Of a stretch of 64,000 nucleotides of DNA, positions 50,601 to 63,818 are shown in pieces (position 1 is the first letter of the stretch; each line of letters opens with the position of its first letter). A model generated the notes under the pieces. That model saw only the letters and a list, made by a program, of their open reading frames with translations, was not told the origin of the DNA and ran no database searches. This DNA is from Zygnema circumcarinatum SAG 698-1b. Taxonomy: Eukaryota; Plantae; Zygnematophyceae. The translations under genes and the position numbers were made by a program. Location of the stretch: positions 3,286,001 through 3,350,000 of the forward strand of contig CM074812.1 of assembly GCA_037447605.1 (NCBI GenBank), given 5' to 3'.

Positions 50601-51712
50601 GGTGTTTTCAGATGCATAAGACGGTGCAAGAGTTACACTCGTTGGAGAAATTGACACGCAATCAAGAAAGTGTCAAGCAGGGTTTGTAGGACCTTGATAG
50701 GGGAAGAGGAACATCTGGTTAGCTGGCTCATTGATGGAGTAAGTGAGCAGAATTAAGACCCCAAAGGTGGAGTACAAGAGGAGGGTGCCGAGATGTCAAA
50801 GCTAGAGGTGGCTTTGGAGGACCAGTCCTTGTACAAGGAGGCTGTTTAGCTTAAGAGGGGGTAGTTAAGGTGTTCAGATTCGACCTTGGCAGATGGTGCT
50901 AAGGGGAGCTTGTCCATGGGGGACAAAGGTAGTTCATAGTGTGGGGTCCCAGGATCGTGTAGAGGAAGTTGTTGGTGAAGGCGGCACTTCATTTGGGTGG
51001 AGGCCTACAACAAATGGCGAGAGTACCACTAGGAGGATTCGAAGGACAACTATGAAGGACCTCATGTTTATGAGGGGGTGAGCGGCAATGAAGAAGACGA
51101 CATTCTGAATGTGTGAGTTGGGAGGAGAAGTTGTGACTTCTCGGGTTTACCTTGGAGGATGAATTTGGAAGACTTTGGGGAAGTTGAAGGTTCCCAACAC
51201 ATTGTTGACAAGGTGTCAATTGCGCTCAAGGAGGTTCTGATGTGCAACGATTGCACATGCGGAGTGAAGACCATCTTCAGGAGGAGGTGGCCCGGGGGAG
51301 AGTGCAATGGCTGTTGCATTCACGGTGGAATCAATTCAAGGGAATTGGTGAGCAAGCGGCAAGGTATGCTTAAGTGTTGCTTAAGCTTAGGGTGCCATGT
51401 TAGTATAGCTTGCAAGGAACTTACGTACCAAGAGGGGGATTGTTGATGTATAGGGTACATCAAGGTGTTGGTACTTAGTTCCTAGCATGAATGTTGTCCG
51501 GGACATCAATGTGGTGGTATAGGGACAATGTCATGTATGAATGGTCATGTTTGGTGTAGGACCGAACATGGGGGGTGCCCGTATCGTTAGGGCATGAATG
51601 CAGTGAGTCTAGGGAGGAGTCTAGGGTCGTGGGATTGACGGGCTTGGAGCCGTGCCAAAGGGGGTTACCGCGGAATATTACTTGAAAGCCCGAAAAAGGC
51701 ACATGGCCCGAA
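47689..51712 (+). mobile_element. Non-autonomous LTR retroelement (LARD-like) with no recognisable pol
   Basis: LTR end CCAACA at 48329; tRNA-iMet PBS TGGTATCAGAGC at 48332-48343; PPT AAGAGGGGGA followed by TGTTG at 51441; the 3.1-kb interior has only short ORFs. Confidence 0.65.
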
Positions 51713-51735
51713 GTAAACCTAAAACCCTAAAACCC

Positions 51736-54700
51736 TCTCCCGAGAGCAAAGCGAAGTCTGAGGCTGAGGCGTTGATGGGCGAGGCGGTGGCTGAGGACCC
51801 GCACCCAAAGCTGAGTTGGGGGTATTAATGCGAGGATGTGGAGACCAGCGAAGAGGGCATGGACGCCTCTCAGGTCACAGCTTCAGAGGAGATCAGCACG
51901 CCTGAGAGCGCGGGAGCTGAGCTTGAAGCAACGCCAAACGTGGAGGCAGCCGTGGGAGTCGAACCTGAGGAGCCGCAAGCGGGGGAGCCGCAACCTTCGA
52001 CGGAGACGGCACCACTACACACTCACCTGTCCGACGAGGAGAACTCGGCCGAAACTGTACCTTTGCATGGGCAGGAGTCTGAGGATTTGGAGACGGCTGA
52101 GAGAGAGGCTATGTTGTCGAGCATGCCTCCCGGGTTTGTCCCGGGGATTTTCTTCAACACGAGGAGCCGGAGAGCGCAAGGACCTCGGAGGAGCACCCGT
52201 GTGGTGAGGAGGCCTGATCACTACAGGCCTTCGCAGACTAACCTAGTACAGGAAAGAGTGCCTACAGACTCAGCGGACCTCGCGGGAGCTGCCCACTGTT
52301 TTATGATCACCGAACCGCAAACCTTTGAGGAAGCGCACGACGGGGTCGATGGAGAGAAGTGGCGAGCAGCAATCGACAGCGAGTGGGACAGTTTGCTGGA
52401 GAACGGCACATGGCGACTTGAGGAGCTGCCGAGGGGAAGGAGGGCCATTGGATGCAAGTGGGTGTTCAAGGTGAAGCGAAAGGCGGACGGGAGTGCTCGG
52501 GTTGGCTAACAACACGGGTGGTGGCGAAGGGCTCCTAGCCAGGGCGTACGGAGCTCCATGACTGAGAGCTTCCTCCTGTGGTGAAGTTCAACTCTCTTCC
52601 GTGCCCTGACATCGATCCCCAGCAGCCGAGGGAACCACGGACACCATTTTTACATCAGACTTGTGCTGCAGTGCACGGAGATCCTCGCTGAGGAGATCTA
52701 CATGGTACAGCGAAGGAGAAGTTGTCACGGCGGGAGCGCATCGTTTGTAGATGCTTGTGGCAGAGTAAATGCAGGGCCCGAAAGCGAGAGCGCCGAGTTG
52801 AGTACGAGAAAATTGATGACCTCTTGCGGAGTAACGGATTTGCGCGATTCGAGACGGATCATTCCGTGTACCGACAAGGAGAAGAGGCGGATCTCATGTA
52901 CGTTGGGATCTACGTGGACGACCTCATAATGGTGAGCCTCTCATTGGAGAGAATCAATGATTTGAAGCAGCTTTTGGAAGCTAACTTCAAAATGTCGGAT
53001 CTAGGGGAGGCGCAGTATCTCCTAGGAATGCAGTTGAAGAGGGGGCAGGACGGTAGCTTATTTCTTTGTCAGAAGAAGTACGCCGCAGATATACTTGCCA
53101 GGTTCAAAATGGAGGAGTGCCGTCCTTGTTCGAGTCCGATGGAGATCGGAATGCGATTGTCGAGAGATATGATGCCGGCGACAGATGCGGAGGTACAGAG
53201 AATGTACGGAGTGCCGTACAGATCGGCAATCGGGAGTTTAATGTATCTGATGATAGGTACTCGTCCTGACTTGGCAAAAGCCGTGAGCTCAGCAAGTCGG
53301 TTCATGGAGAATCCCGGTCCTGAACATTGGGAGGCCGTGAAGCGGATTTTCAGATTCGTGAAAGGGACCTTGGATTACGGTCTCAGATTTGAAAGGGGGC
53401 CAACCAGAGTGATCGGGTACACCGACTCTGATTGGGGAGGTGATGTGGACACGTCACGATCGACGTCAGGATTTGTGTTCCTGAACGGAGGAGGCGCGAT
53501 CTCATGGAGCTCGAAGTTACAAGATTCGGTGGCGCTGTCGAGCACCGAAGGAGAGTACATGGGAGCGTGCCATGCAGCGAAGGAGGGGATGTGGTTCCAA
53601 CATTTCTTTGATGAATGTAAGCAACCACAAACACCATTGACTCTTTTTACGGACAACCAGTCATCTATAGCCCTCATGGAGAACCCTGTGTTTCATAAGA
53701 GAACCAAGCACATTAGGGTGCAATATCATTATGTGCGAGAGTTGGTAGAGGAAGGGATGATAGTGGTGAAGTTTGTAGGAACAAAAGAGCAGGCTGCAGA
53801 CATGTTGACCAAGGGGGTCAGTGGGGAGACACTACTAGTGAACAGCAGATTGATTGGGCTAGGGCCCATGAGGAACTGAGTCCCAAGAGGGGGATTGTTA
53901 GTGTTAGTGTATGATAGTTAGACATTGTATGGCACACACTAACTTGTTGTGGTACTCAGTTTGTAGAACATGAGATCTGCTAGGCGTAGTGCTCTTAGAT
54001 TTAGGAATGTCGGTGCGTTCACTCAGGTGAGCGCCGCTGGCGCGCTGAGTACCTAACGAAGCCGGGCGCCGGATTGACGCTGGGCGCCGACACATGTGCG
54101 CCGGAGAACGACGCCAAGAATCCTTTGATTGTCGAATGTAGTCGCCGATTCGCTGAAGTACGGACGACGCTACAAGAATCCTTGATTGGTCGCTGGCGCG
54201 CTGAACGCTGAGCCAGTTGCGCGCTGAAACGCATATAGATATTTTTGGCGGCTAACCGAATGCATTAATGGACCACTCTGCAATGTGGGTCCGCCAGTTT
54301 CGAGTGTACGGGCCGAGGTGTCGGCGGCTTAAGATCGGAAGGAGCGCCGGGCGAAACGGGCTAAATCAGACGGATGCGTACGGTAAAAGCCTATTAAGAA
54401 TCCAGTCGGGCGCTTCGCCGTAGGTTTACGGTGCGCGTTCTTAGTCGGTCGCTATTCCTGAGTGCGCCCACTCAGACTCAGTGCATGGGTTTGCAATGGC
54501 GGACGCGACGTGACATGTGTGTCACGTCACGGACGCCATATTATATAGTGCATAGTTTTATTATGGGAAGTAACCCACCCACACTACTTTGTCATAGTCT
54601 CGGGTCTTATTCTGTGCCTGCTCGTGCTGCTAGGCTGCCTACACTTGTGTCGTGAGGTAGTGAGTGAGAGGGACCTTGAAGTAGTGGGAGAACTTCATTG

Positions 54701-54934
54701 TGGGAAGACAGTTTTATTATAAGGAGTTTTAGAGCCGTGAGCTTTCTCCTAACACTCTCTCATTGTGATTTCCGCTGTGCTTGTCTTGTAGCTTCATTCT
54801 GTTGTTATGGGCGATGAGTGAAGTAAGATAGAGCTTTGAGTGTTTGAATGTCTTCATCCGTGGGAACTCAAGTTCCAATGGAGGGCGACACCCGAGGTGG
54901 CGCCGGAAGTGGGGAGCAAACCCCTGCTTCAACA
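51736..54934 (+). mobile_element. 5'-truncated Ty1/Copia element: RT, RNase H and a 1039-bp 3' LTR
   Basis: EPQTFEEA, AIGCKWVFKVK, YVDDLI, GYTDSDWGG, KRTKHI; PPT then LTR TGTTAG...TCAACA at 53896-54934; heavily indel-damaged patch at about 52500-52800. Confidence 0.92.
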
Positions 54935-55067
54935 AAAACGACCGCAAAGCTTTTGCCTACGGCAACGCAAAAACGAGAAATGCTTTTTTCACACCTTTCT
55001 GGAATCAATACAAACCTTTTCCGTCGGGTAGATTTTACCCCTGATTTTTTTTTTGGAGAGAAAAAAT

Positions 55068-58000
55068 TGTTAGTGTTAGTGTATGATAGTTAAGCATTAC
55101 ATAGTACACACTAACTTGGTTGTGGTACTCAGTCATGGAAACTACCTAGTATGAGTCGCGATGACGTCAGCAACCTAGTCTGTCTCTCATTCTGTGCCAG
55201 CTCGTGTTGCTAGGCTGCCTTGCTCGTGTTGTGAGGTAGTGAGTAAGAGAAGATAGGTTCAAAGGGTGGGAAGTGAACTTTCATGTGGGAAGACATTTAT
55301 TAAGGAGTTTTAGAGCCGTGAGCTTTCTCCTACACTTCTCTCGATTGATTTCCGCTGTGCTTGTCTCTGGTGTTCATTCTGTAGTTATGGGCGATGAGTG
55401 AATTGTGAGATAGAGCTTTGAGAGTGCAAGAGTGGAAATGTCTTCATCGGTGGGAACACGAGTTCCTGTGGAGGGCGACACGCGAGGTGGAGCCGGAAGC
55501 AGCGAGATGTCCCCTACTTCAACAAGTGGTATCAGAGCCAATGGTGGCGACGAGGACCACGTGAAGTTCAGCATCCCGGCGTTCGATGGATCGGACTACA
55601 AGGGGTGGAGGTGGCGGCTGGTCCCCTTGCTCGTGGGCAAGGGGCTGTTAGGGTACGTTGACGGCACCATCAAGGCACCAGTGCTACCGGAGGGAGCCAC
55701 GGCGAGCAGCAGTCGGAGTTCGACACGGCGCTCACCAGATGGAAGGCCAAGGACAACAAGGCCCTTACCCAGATCGTCATGAGTGTGAGGGGAAGTCCCT
55801 CCTCTATGCTGTATGATCTCAAGACCTCACATGCGATGTGGAGGTGCTTAGAAGAGATGTATGATGTAAAGGATAATGTGACGATTGTCAACCTTTACAC
55901 GCAGCTAGGGAAAATGAAGATGTCCTCAGATGAGAAACTTAGCGAATATATGGTCAGGTTTGATACTCTGATGGAAAGGTTCATAGCCCTTCAGAAACCA
56001 TTAGAGAGTGATCATAAGATTAGCCAGTTTCTGGGGGGACTGCCTGCCCGTTTTGATGTAGCAGTTGCGGCTCTTAGAACCGTCCTAACAAATTCGAAAA
56101 TGACCCTTGAGCAAGTGAAGCGAAGGATCAAGGAGGAGGACTCAGTTCAAGACGTTGGCAGCACCGAGGAGAAGGTGCTCGCGGCCGCATTACCACGCCA
56201 AGACCAAGAGGAGGCGCTGTGTGAAGCCGTACCAGAGAAGTGTCCCGCTGGAGTGTGCTACACGTGTGGCAAGAGCGGCCACTACCGCATCACATAAGAA
56301 CAAGGGGACCCTGATCGGGAGGAGCGCCTGCCATCCATCAAGAAGGATAAGAAGGGGTTCAAGGACCTCGCCTGGGCGCAAGAAGCGTGGCCACAAGAGT
56401 GCAGATTGCAGAGTGGCGGTGGAGACCAACCTCATGGTGACTGAACATTTTGACTTTGTTGGGAAGATCCAGGTTCAGGATCTGAAGCGGCCATGGCTGA
56501 TCGACTCTGGCGCTTCCACACACATGTGTGGCGACAAGCAAATGTTTTCCACGTTGGACACGTTGGAGAGGACACGTTCCGTTCACTCAGCTACCGGAGA
56601 GGGAGTGACAGTCACGAAAGGAGGTGAAGTCAAGATGATCCCGAGACGGCTCCTGCGATCTACTAAGAAAAGAGGTAAGAGCGCCTTCGCGATTTGGGTG
56701 ACGCCCTTCACACCCCCAGCTGAAACAGAATGGCGTCCTAGCCAAGTGTATATAAGAAGGGTAAGGAGGTCACGTTCAGAGAGAAGTCATGTGTAGCTAC
56801 TCACCTTGTGACGGGGAAGCAGCTGTTTAAGGGGTTTGAGAAAGGAGGGTTGTATTACCTTCACTATAGGAGAGAAGAAGACGAGGAAGTCATGGCCGTG
56901 GCTGAAGATGCAGTGAATCTCTGGCATCGTAGACTTGGTCACCTCAACCATAGGGGCTTGCAGCAACTGGCAGAAAAGGGGCTGGTCCGTGGGTTGGATG
57001 TTGACGTAGTTGAGAAGGAGCTCGGTTTTTGCAAAGAGTGTGTGGAGGGGAAGGCGCATAGGAAACCGTTCGCGAGGAGTGGAGAAGAGGCGTTCCACGC
57101 AAAGGAGAAGTTGGAGTTAGTCCATACCGACCTCTGCGGCCCCGTGACACCGGCAACGACAGGAGGAGCCCGTTACTTCATCACCTTCCTCGACGACTTT
57201 TCGAGGAAGATCTGGGTGAAGATTCTCAAGAACAAGTCTGAGGCATTCGGAGGCTTCAGAGATTGGCAGATTCAGATGGAGAGAGAGACTGGACACAAGT
57301 TGAAGACTCTTCGTTCAGATAACGGAGGCGAGTTCAAGTCCAAGGAGTTCGGTGAATACCTGAAGTCTCGAGGCATAAGGCATGAATTCTCTGCTCCCGA
57401 TTCCCCTCAAAGTAATGGAGCTGCTGAGAGAGTTAACATGACGTTGGGGGACATGGCGCGGACCATGCTAATTAATTCCCCATTTCAGGCATCTTTTTGG
57501 GGAGAGGCAGTGATGACTGCCGCTTACCTTAGGAACAGATGTCCATCCTCTGTCCTCAAGGATCAGGTTCCTGAGGATGTGTGGAGTGGGAGGAAACCCA
57601 CGGTCACTCACCTGAAGGCATTCGGAGCGCGGTGTTGGTCGATAGTTCCAAAAGCGAAGCAGAAGAGGAAGTTCGACCCGAGAGCCGTAAAAGGGTACAT
57701 TCTCGGCTACAACGCTGACAGTCGCACCTACAGGGTGTGGAACCCCCGATTGAATGAAGTTCAGAGTTCGAGGGATGTCACGGTGGATGAGAGAGGGGCG
57801 GTGGCACAACTAGGTGAGAGCCGACCCCAGAAGGCAGATTTGGAAATTGTGTACGAGGATGTGGAGACTAGTGGAGGAGGCGACGATGCTTCCCCAGTCC
57901 CGGCCCTGGAGGAGATCAGCACGCCAGAGAGCGGAGGAGCTGAGCCAGAGGCAGCACCAAGCGCTGAGGCGGCAGTCGGAGATGAACCCGAAGCGCCGCA

Positions 58001-60259
58001 TGCGGGAGAACCGCAAGGCTCGGTGGAGACGGCTCCGGTACACACGCATCTGTCAGACGAGGAGAACTCGGACGAGACCGTTCCATTGCATCGACAAGGG
58101 TCTGATGACTTGGAGGCGGAAGAGAGAGAGGCGATGTTATCGAACATGCCTCCAGGGTTTGTTCCCGGCATCTTCTTCAACCCAAGAAGTGGGAGAGTGC
58201 AAGGAGTCCGGAGGAGCAGCCGAGCGGTGAGGAAGCCTGATCGTTTCAGGCCCTCACAAAATAACCTGGTGCAAGAGAGAGTGCCTTCAGACTCCGCTGA
58301 TCTCGCAGGTGTTGCTCATTGCTTCATGATTACCGAGCCGCAAACGTTTATGGAGGCTCATGATGGGGTCGATGGAGATAAGTGGAGAGCGGCGATAGAC
58401 AGCGAATGGGATAGTCTGATTGAGAATGGCACGTGGCGACTGCAGANNNNNNNNNNGTACGGAGTTGACTATACGGAGACATTCGCCCCAGTGGTGAAGT
58501 TCAACTCCCTTAGAGCCTTGATCTCGATTGCAGCAGCGGAGGGGATGCATGTCCATCAGTTGGACATCAAGACCGCGTTTTTGTACGGAGATCTCACCGA
58601 GGAGATCTACATGGAGCAGCCCGAAGGAAAGGTGGCTCCCGGTCAAGAGCATCTCGTTTGTCGTCTAGTGAAGAGCCTGTACGGACTGAAACAGGCGCCC
58701 AGGATATGGTACGAGAAGATAGATGATCTTCTCAGGAGGAACGGATTTGCGCGATTTGAGACGGATCATTCCGTCTACCGACAAGGAGAGGGGGAGGATC
58801 TCATGTACGTTGGGATCTACGTTGACGACCTCATTATGGTGAGTCTCTCGTTGGAGAGAATCAATGATTTGAAGTAGCTCTTGCAAGCTAACTTCAAGAT
58901 GTCGGATCTAGGGGAGGCGCAGTATCTGTTAGGGATTCAGCTGAAGAGGGGGCAGGACGGCAGCCTCTTCCTGAGTCAGAAGTAGTACGCGATGGATGTA
59001 CTTGCGAGATTTCACATGGAGGATTGCAGACCGTGCACCAGCCCGATGGAGATCGGGGCGCGACTTTCGAAGAACATGTCGCCCACAACGGATGCGGAGG
59101 TACAGCGGATGTACGGAGTGCCGTACAGATCTGCTATCGGAAGTCTCATGTACTTGATGATAGGTACGCGACTGGACTTGGCCAAAGCCGTGAGCTCCGC
59201 AAGTCGGTTCATGGAGAATCCAGGACCCGAACATTGGGATGCCGTGAAGAGAATCTTCAGGTATGTCCGGGGAACCTTGGAGTACGGCCTCAGATACGAG
59301 AGGGGGCCGAATCGGGTGATTGGTTACACCGATTCAGATTGGGGTGGTGACGTGGACACGTCAAGATCAACTTCAGGATTCGTATTCCTGAATGGAGGCG
59401 GAGCCATCTCGTGGAGCTCCAAGCTTCAAGATTCAGTGGCGTTGTCAAGCACCGAGGGCGAGTACATGGGGGCTTGCCATGCAGCGAAGGAGGGAGTGTG
59501 GTTTCAACATTTCTTCGAGGAGTGTAAGAGGCCGCAACTGCCCGTGGCTCTGTTCACGGATAATTAGTCGTCCATTGCCTTGGTGGAAAATCCAGTGTTC
59601 CACAAGAGGACCAAGCACATCAGAGTGCAGTATCACTATGTGCGAGAGTTGGTGGAGGAAGGGATGATCGTTGTGAAGTCCGTTGGAACAAAAGAGCAGG
59701 CTGCATATATGTTGACAAAAGGTGTTAGCGGAGAGACCATACTAGTGAATAGCAGGCTTATTGGGCTGGGGCCCATGAGAGACTGAGTCCCAAGAGGGGG
59801 ATTGTTAGTGTTAGTGTATGATAGTTAAGCATTACATAGTACACACTAACTTGGTTGTGGTACTCAGTCATGGAAACTACCTAGTATGAGTCGCGATGAC
59901 GTCAGCAACCTAGTCTGTCTCTCATTCTGTGCCAGCTCGTGTTGCTAGGCTGCCTTGCTCGTGTTGTGAGGTAGTGAGTAAGAGAAGATAGGTTCAAAGG
60001 GTGGGAAGTGAACTTTCATGTGGGAAGACATTTATTAAGGAGTTTTAGAGCCGTGAGCTTTCTCCTACACTTCTCTCGATTGATTTCCGCTGTGCTTGTC
60101 TCTGGTGTTCATTCTGTAGTTATGGGCGATGAGTGAATTGTGAGATAGAGCTTTGAGAGTGCAAGAGTGGAAATGTCTTCATCGGTGGGAACACGAGTTC
60201 CTGTGGAGGGCGACACGCGAGGTGGAGCCGGAAGTAGCGAGATGTCCCCTACTTCAACA
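55068..60259 (+). mobile_element. Full-length Ty1/Copia LTR retrotransposon
   Basis: 457-bp LTRs at 55068-55524 and 59803-60259 (TG...CA; I see one mismatch); TSD AAAAT; PBS at 55527-55538; PPT at 59792-59801; gag knuckle CYTCGKSGH, protease LIDSGAS, integrase LWHRRLGH/VHTDLCGP/SDNGGEF, RT YVDDLI, RNase H. Confidence 0.97.
55540..59786 (+). pseudogene. Disrupted Copia gag-pol polyprotein
   Basis: Split into ORFs 55432-55782, 55779-56297, 56155-56796, 56808-58877, 58992-59567 and 59580-59786 by frameshifts and in-frame TAG stops. Confidence 0.9.
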
Positions 60260-60814
60260 AAAATATCGGCTTGCCCGAATCTGATAGAGCGGAAAATCCG
60301 TCCGCCACGAGATCGTTCGCGGGTGTGCGTCCTTCACAAGTGCGGTGAATCTCCGCCGTCGATTCTCTCGCAGATTGCACAACGGCAGATCACCGTTCGA
60401 TCTGCAGTCGGGCTCGGTCCCAGCGAATGGCACGTGCCCACGTGTCCCGCCGAAGCCAAAATGCAGTGATAGGGTGTCATTTTCCTTGGTTAGCAGAAAT
60501 AAAATCAGCCGACGGAAGAAGGTGGGTATCGATTCCAAAAAGGTGTGAAAAAAGCATTTTCCGTTTTTAATCCCTTTTGAAATCTGCCCGGCCGGGAAGG
60601 GGAGTTTGGATCCAAAAAAGGGGTGGAAATATCACTACCCCAAAAACAACAGGCTGCGGATCAAGATCCTCGTGCGTTGCCTTTTTATAGAAATGTCTTC
60701 GAACCTTAATTATGTGAAGTGAACTGAAACGGAAACTGATCGAACACATAAGCTGAATGGGTACGCGATATACCCCATTTTCTGCGCATTCGATCCAACA
60801 AAACNNNNNNNNNN

Positions 60815-62161
60815 GCGAGTACATGGGGGCTTGCCATGCAGCGAAGGAGGGAGTGTGGTTTCAACATTTCTTCGAGGAGTGTAAGAGGCCGCAACTGCCC
60901 GTGGCTCTGTTCACGGATAATTAGTCGTCCATTGCCTTGGTGGAAAATCCAGTGTTCCACAAGAGGACCAAGCACATCAGAGTGCAGTATCACTATGTGC
61001 GAGAGTTGGTGGAGGAAGGGATGATCGTTGTGAAGTCCGTTGGAACAAAAGAGCAGGCTGCATATATGTTGACAAAAGGTGTTAGCGGAGAGACCATACT
61101 AGTGAATAGCAGGCTTATTGGGCTGGGGCCCATGAGAGACTGAGTCCCAAGAGGGGGATTGTTAGTGTTAGTGTATGATAGTTAAGCATTACATAGTACA
61201 CACTAACTTGGTTGTGGTACTCAGTCATGGAAACTACCTAGTATGAGTCGCGATGACGTCAGCAACCTAGTCTGTCTCTCATTCTGTGCCAGCTCGTGTT
61301 GCTAGGCTGCCTTGCTCGTGTTGTGAGGTAGTGAGTAAGAGAAGATAGGTTCAAAGGGTGGGAAGTGAACTTTCATGTGGGAAGACATTTATTAAGGAGT
61401 TTTAGAGCCGTGAGCTTTCTCCTACACTTCTCTCGATTGATTTCCGCTGTGCTTGTCTCTGGTGTTCATTCTGTAGTTATGGGCGATGAGTGAATTGTGA
61501 GATAGAGCTTTGAGAGTGCAAGAGTGGAAATGTCTTCATCGGTGGGAACACGAGTTCCTGTGGAGGGCGACACGCGAGGTGGAGCCGGAAGTAGCGAGAT
61601 GTCCCCTACTTCAACAAAAATATCGGCTTGCCCGAATCTGATAGAGCGGAAAATCCGTCCGCCACGAGATCGTTCGCGGGTGTGCGTCCTTCACAAGTGC
61701 GGTGAATCTCCGCCGTCGATTCTCTCGCAGATTGCACAACGGCAGATCACCGTTCGATCTGCAGTCGGGCTCGGTCCCAGCGAATGGCACGTGCCCACGT
61801 GTCCCGCCGAAGCCAAAATGCAGTGATAGGGTGTCATTTTCCTTGGTTAGCAGAAATAAAATCAGCCGACGGAAGAAGGTGGGTATCGATTCCAAAAAGG
61901 TGTGAAAAAAGCATTTTCCGTTTTTAATCCCTTTTGAAATCTGCCCGGCCGGGAAGGGGAGTTTGGATCCAAAAAAGGGGTGGAAATATCACTACCCCAA
62001 AAACAACAGGCTGCGGATCAAGATCCTCGTGCGTTGCCTTTTTATAGAAATGTCTTCGAACCTTAATTATGTGAAGTGAACTGAAACGGAAACTGATCGA
62101 ACACATAAGCTGAATGGGTACGCGATATACCCCATTTTCTGCGCATTCGATCCAACAAAAC
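60815..62161 (+). other. Exact 1347-bp duplicate of 59458-60804 between N gaps (probable assembly artefact)
   Basis: Identical ORF translations offset by 1357 nt (1347 plus 10 N); both ends abut gaps. Confidence 0.85.
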
Positions 62162-62403
62162 NNNNNNNNNNCTGACGTTTGTTACGTTTGGTTTGGGTGG
62201 TATCAAACCGAACAAAAAGTGACGGAAAAGGAAAGTTACGAAAGTCAACAGGCCAACCAATCTGCCGCGCGTCGCATCTGCGCGTCGTATGCGCGTGTCG
62301 CATGAACGATGTCGCCGGTGTCGCACGCGCGCGTCGCGAAATTTGGACCGTCCGATCAGCCACTATTGATTAATGATGACGTCAGCCATCCCTCGCTGCG
62401 AGA

Positions 62404-62816
62404 TGTTGGTGGAGGGACTCCTCCACTGCTGCCGGCTTCTCCACTCGCATCACCTTCCATCGGAGTTCGCGTTCCAATCGATGATGACATTTCCCAAACT
62501 CTCACATTCACTCATAGCCCATTTTACTCACAAAGTGAACCTCTCAGAATATGCACAGCGGAATAACAGAGAGAAAAGGATAGGAGAAAGTTCTCGGCTC
62601 TAAAACTCCTTAATAATAATCTTATCAACACAAAATGAGAGACCCCCTCTCAAATAGCCCAATAAACTCAAAAGCCCACTACCTCGCAGCACAAGCAAGT
62701 GTAATGTTAAGCAACACGAGCATCAGCTTCTCAGAGTCTACAATAGCTACGTTGATAATCAGAAGTTAAAGATTAACAACCAAACAAAACAACACACTAT
62801 ATACTATGTCACAACA
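62404..62816 (-). mobile_element. 413-bp LTR on the minus strand (solo or 3' LTR)
   Basis: TGTTGTGA...CCACCAACA termini on the minus strand; shared core motif at 62581-62611; no adjacent PBS. Confidence 0.7.
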
Positions 62817-63436
62817 NNNNNNNNNNCGAAACTCCTACGGAACAACCGCGATATCATCTTCCCCTGTTCTCCACCTCCTCCCGACTTCCATTTCTTACAC
62901 TCGCCTGTCTAGCTGAGGAGTTGCTGGTGGTGCTTGCTGCCGTTTTGTTCAGAAATCTACCGTAACCAAACCTTATGTCGCTGCGGTTTCTCTGCCGTTC
63001 TGCTGCTGCAACAACTGCTGCATTTCTTCCTACCAGAGAAACCGAAATGACCGACAAATAATGATTGGTGGAGGAGGAGGAGGAAAGAGGAAGGAGGAGG
63101 AAGGAACATGGAGTGTGGTGAAAGGGAGAATGGTGGAAGGGCGAAGGAAGAAAAAGGAGAGGGTGTTGAGGAAGGAGGAGGAGGAGGAAGGCGGAGGAAG
63201 GAACATGGAGTGTGGTGAGAGGGAAAATGGTGGAAGGGCGAAGGAAGAAGTTGAAGAGGGTGTTGAAGAAGGATGGAGGCTACTAACTAACAAGTCAATC
63301 AGTCAGTCAGTCAGTCTGTCGGCCAGTCTGTGAGTCCGTCTGTTAGTCAGTCAATCAGAAGTTAGGCAGTGTCTGTCAGTCAGTCGGTCAGTCAGTCAGT
63401 CAGTTAAGTTGTCCGTCGTTTTTTTTTTTCATTTTC

Positions 63437-63604
<168 letters not shown>

Positions 63605-63818
63605 ATTTTCGTGTGTGACGTTTACAAACAAAAAAGTCAACAAACTAACAAGTCAGTCAGTCAGTCAGTCAGTCAGTCTATGAGTCCGTCTATCAGTCAG
63701 TCATTCAGAAGTCAGTCAGTGTTTGTCAGTCAGTCGGCCAATCAGTCAGTCAGCTAGGTTGTCCGTCCATAGTCAGTCAGTCCTCTGGACTTAAAAGATT
63801 TTACAGTCCTCTGGACTT

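Noticed and set aside
52500-52800. Hypermutated or edited patch within the Copia RT
   Set aside because: Dense indels between clean flanks look like low-quality gap-fill consensus rather than biology
60815-62161. Tandem three-LTR Copia structure
   Set aside because: Appears base-identical to 59458-60804 including non-element flank and is bounded by N gaps, so most likely a scaffold overlap artefact
62854-63333. Short ORFs near the window end as a gene
   Set aside because: Low complexity, next to a gap, no recognisable domain
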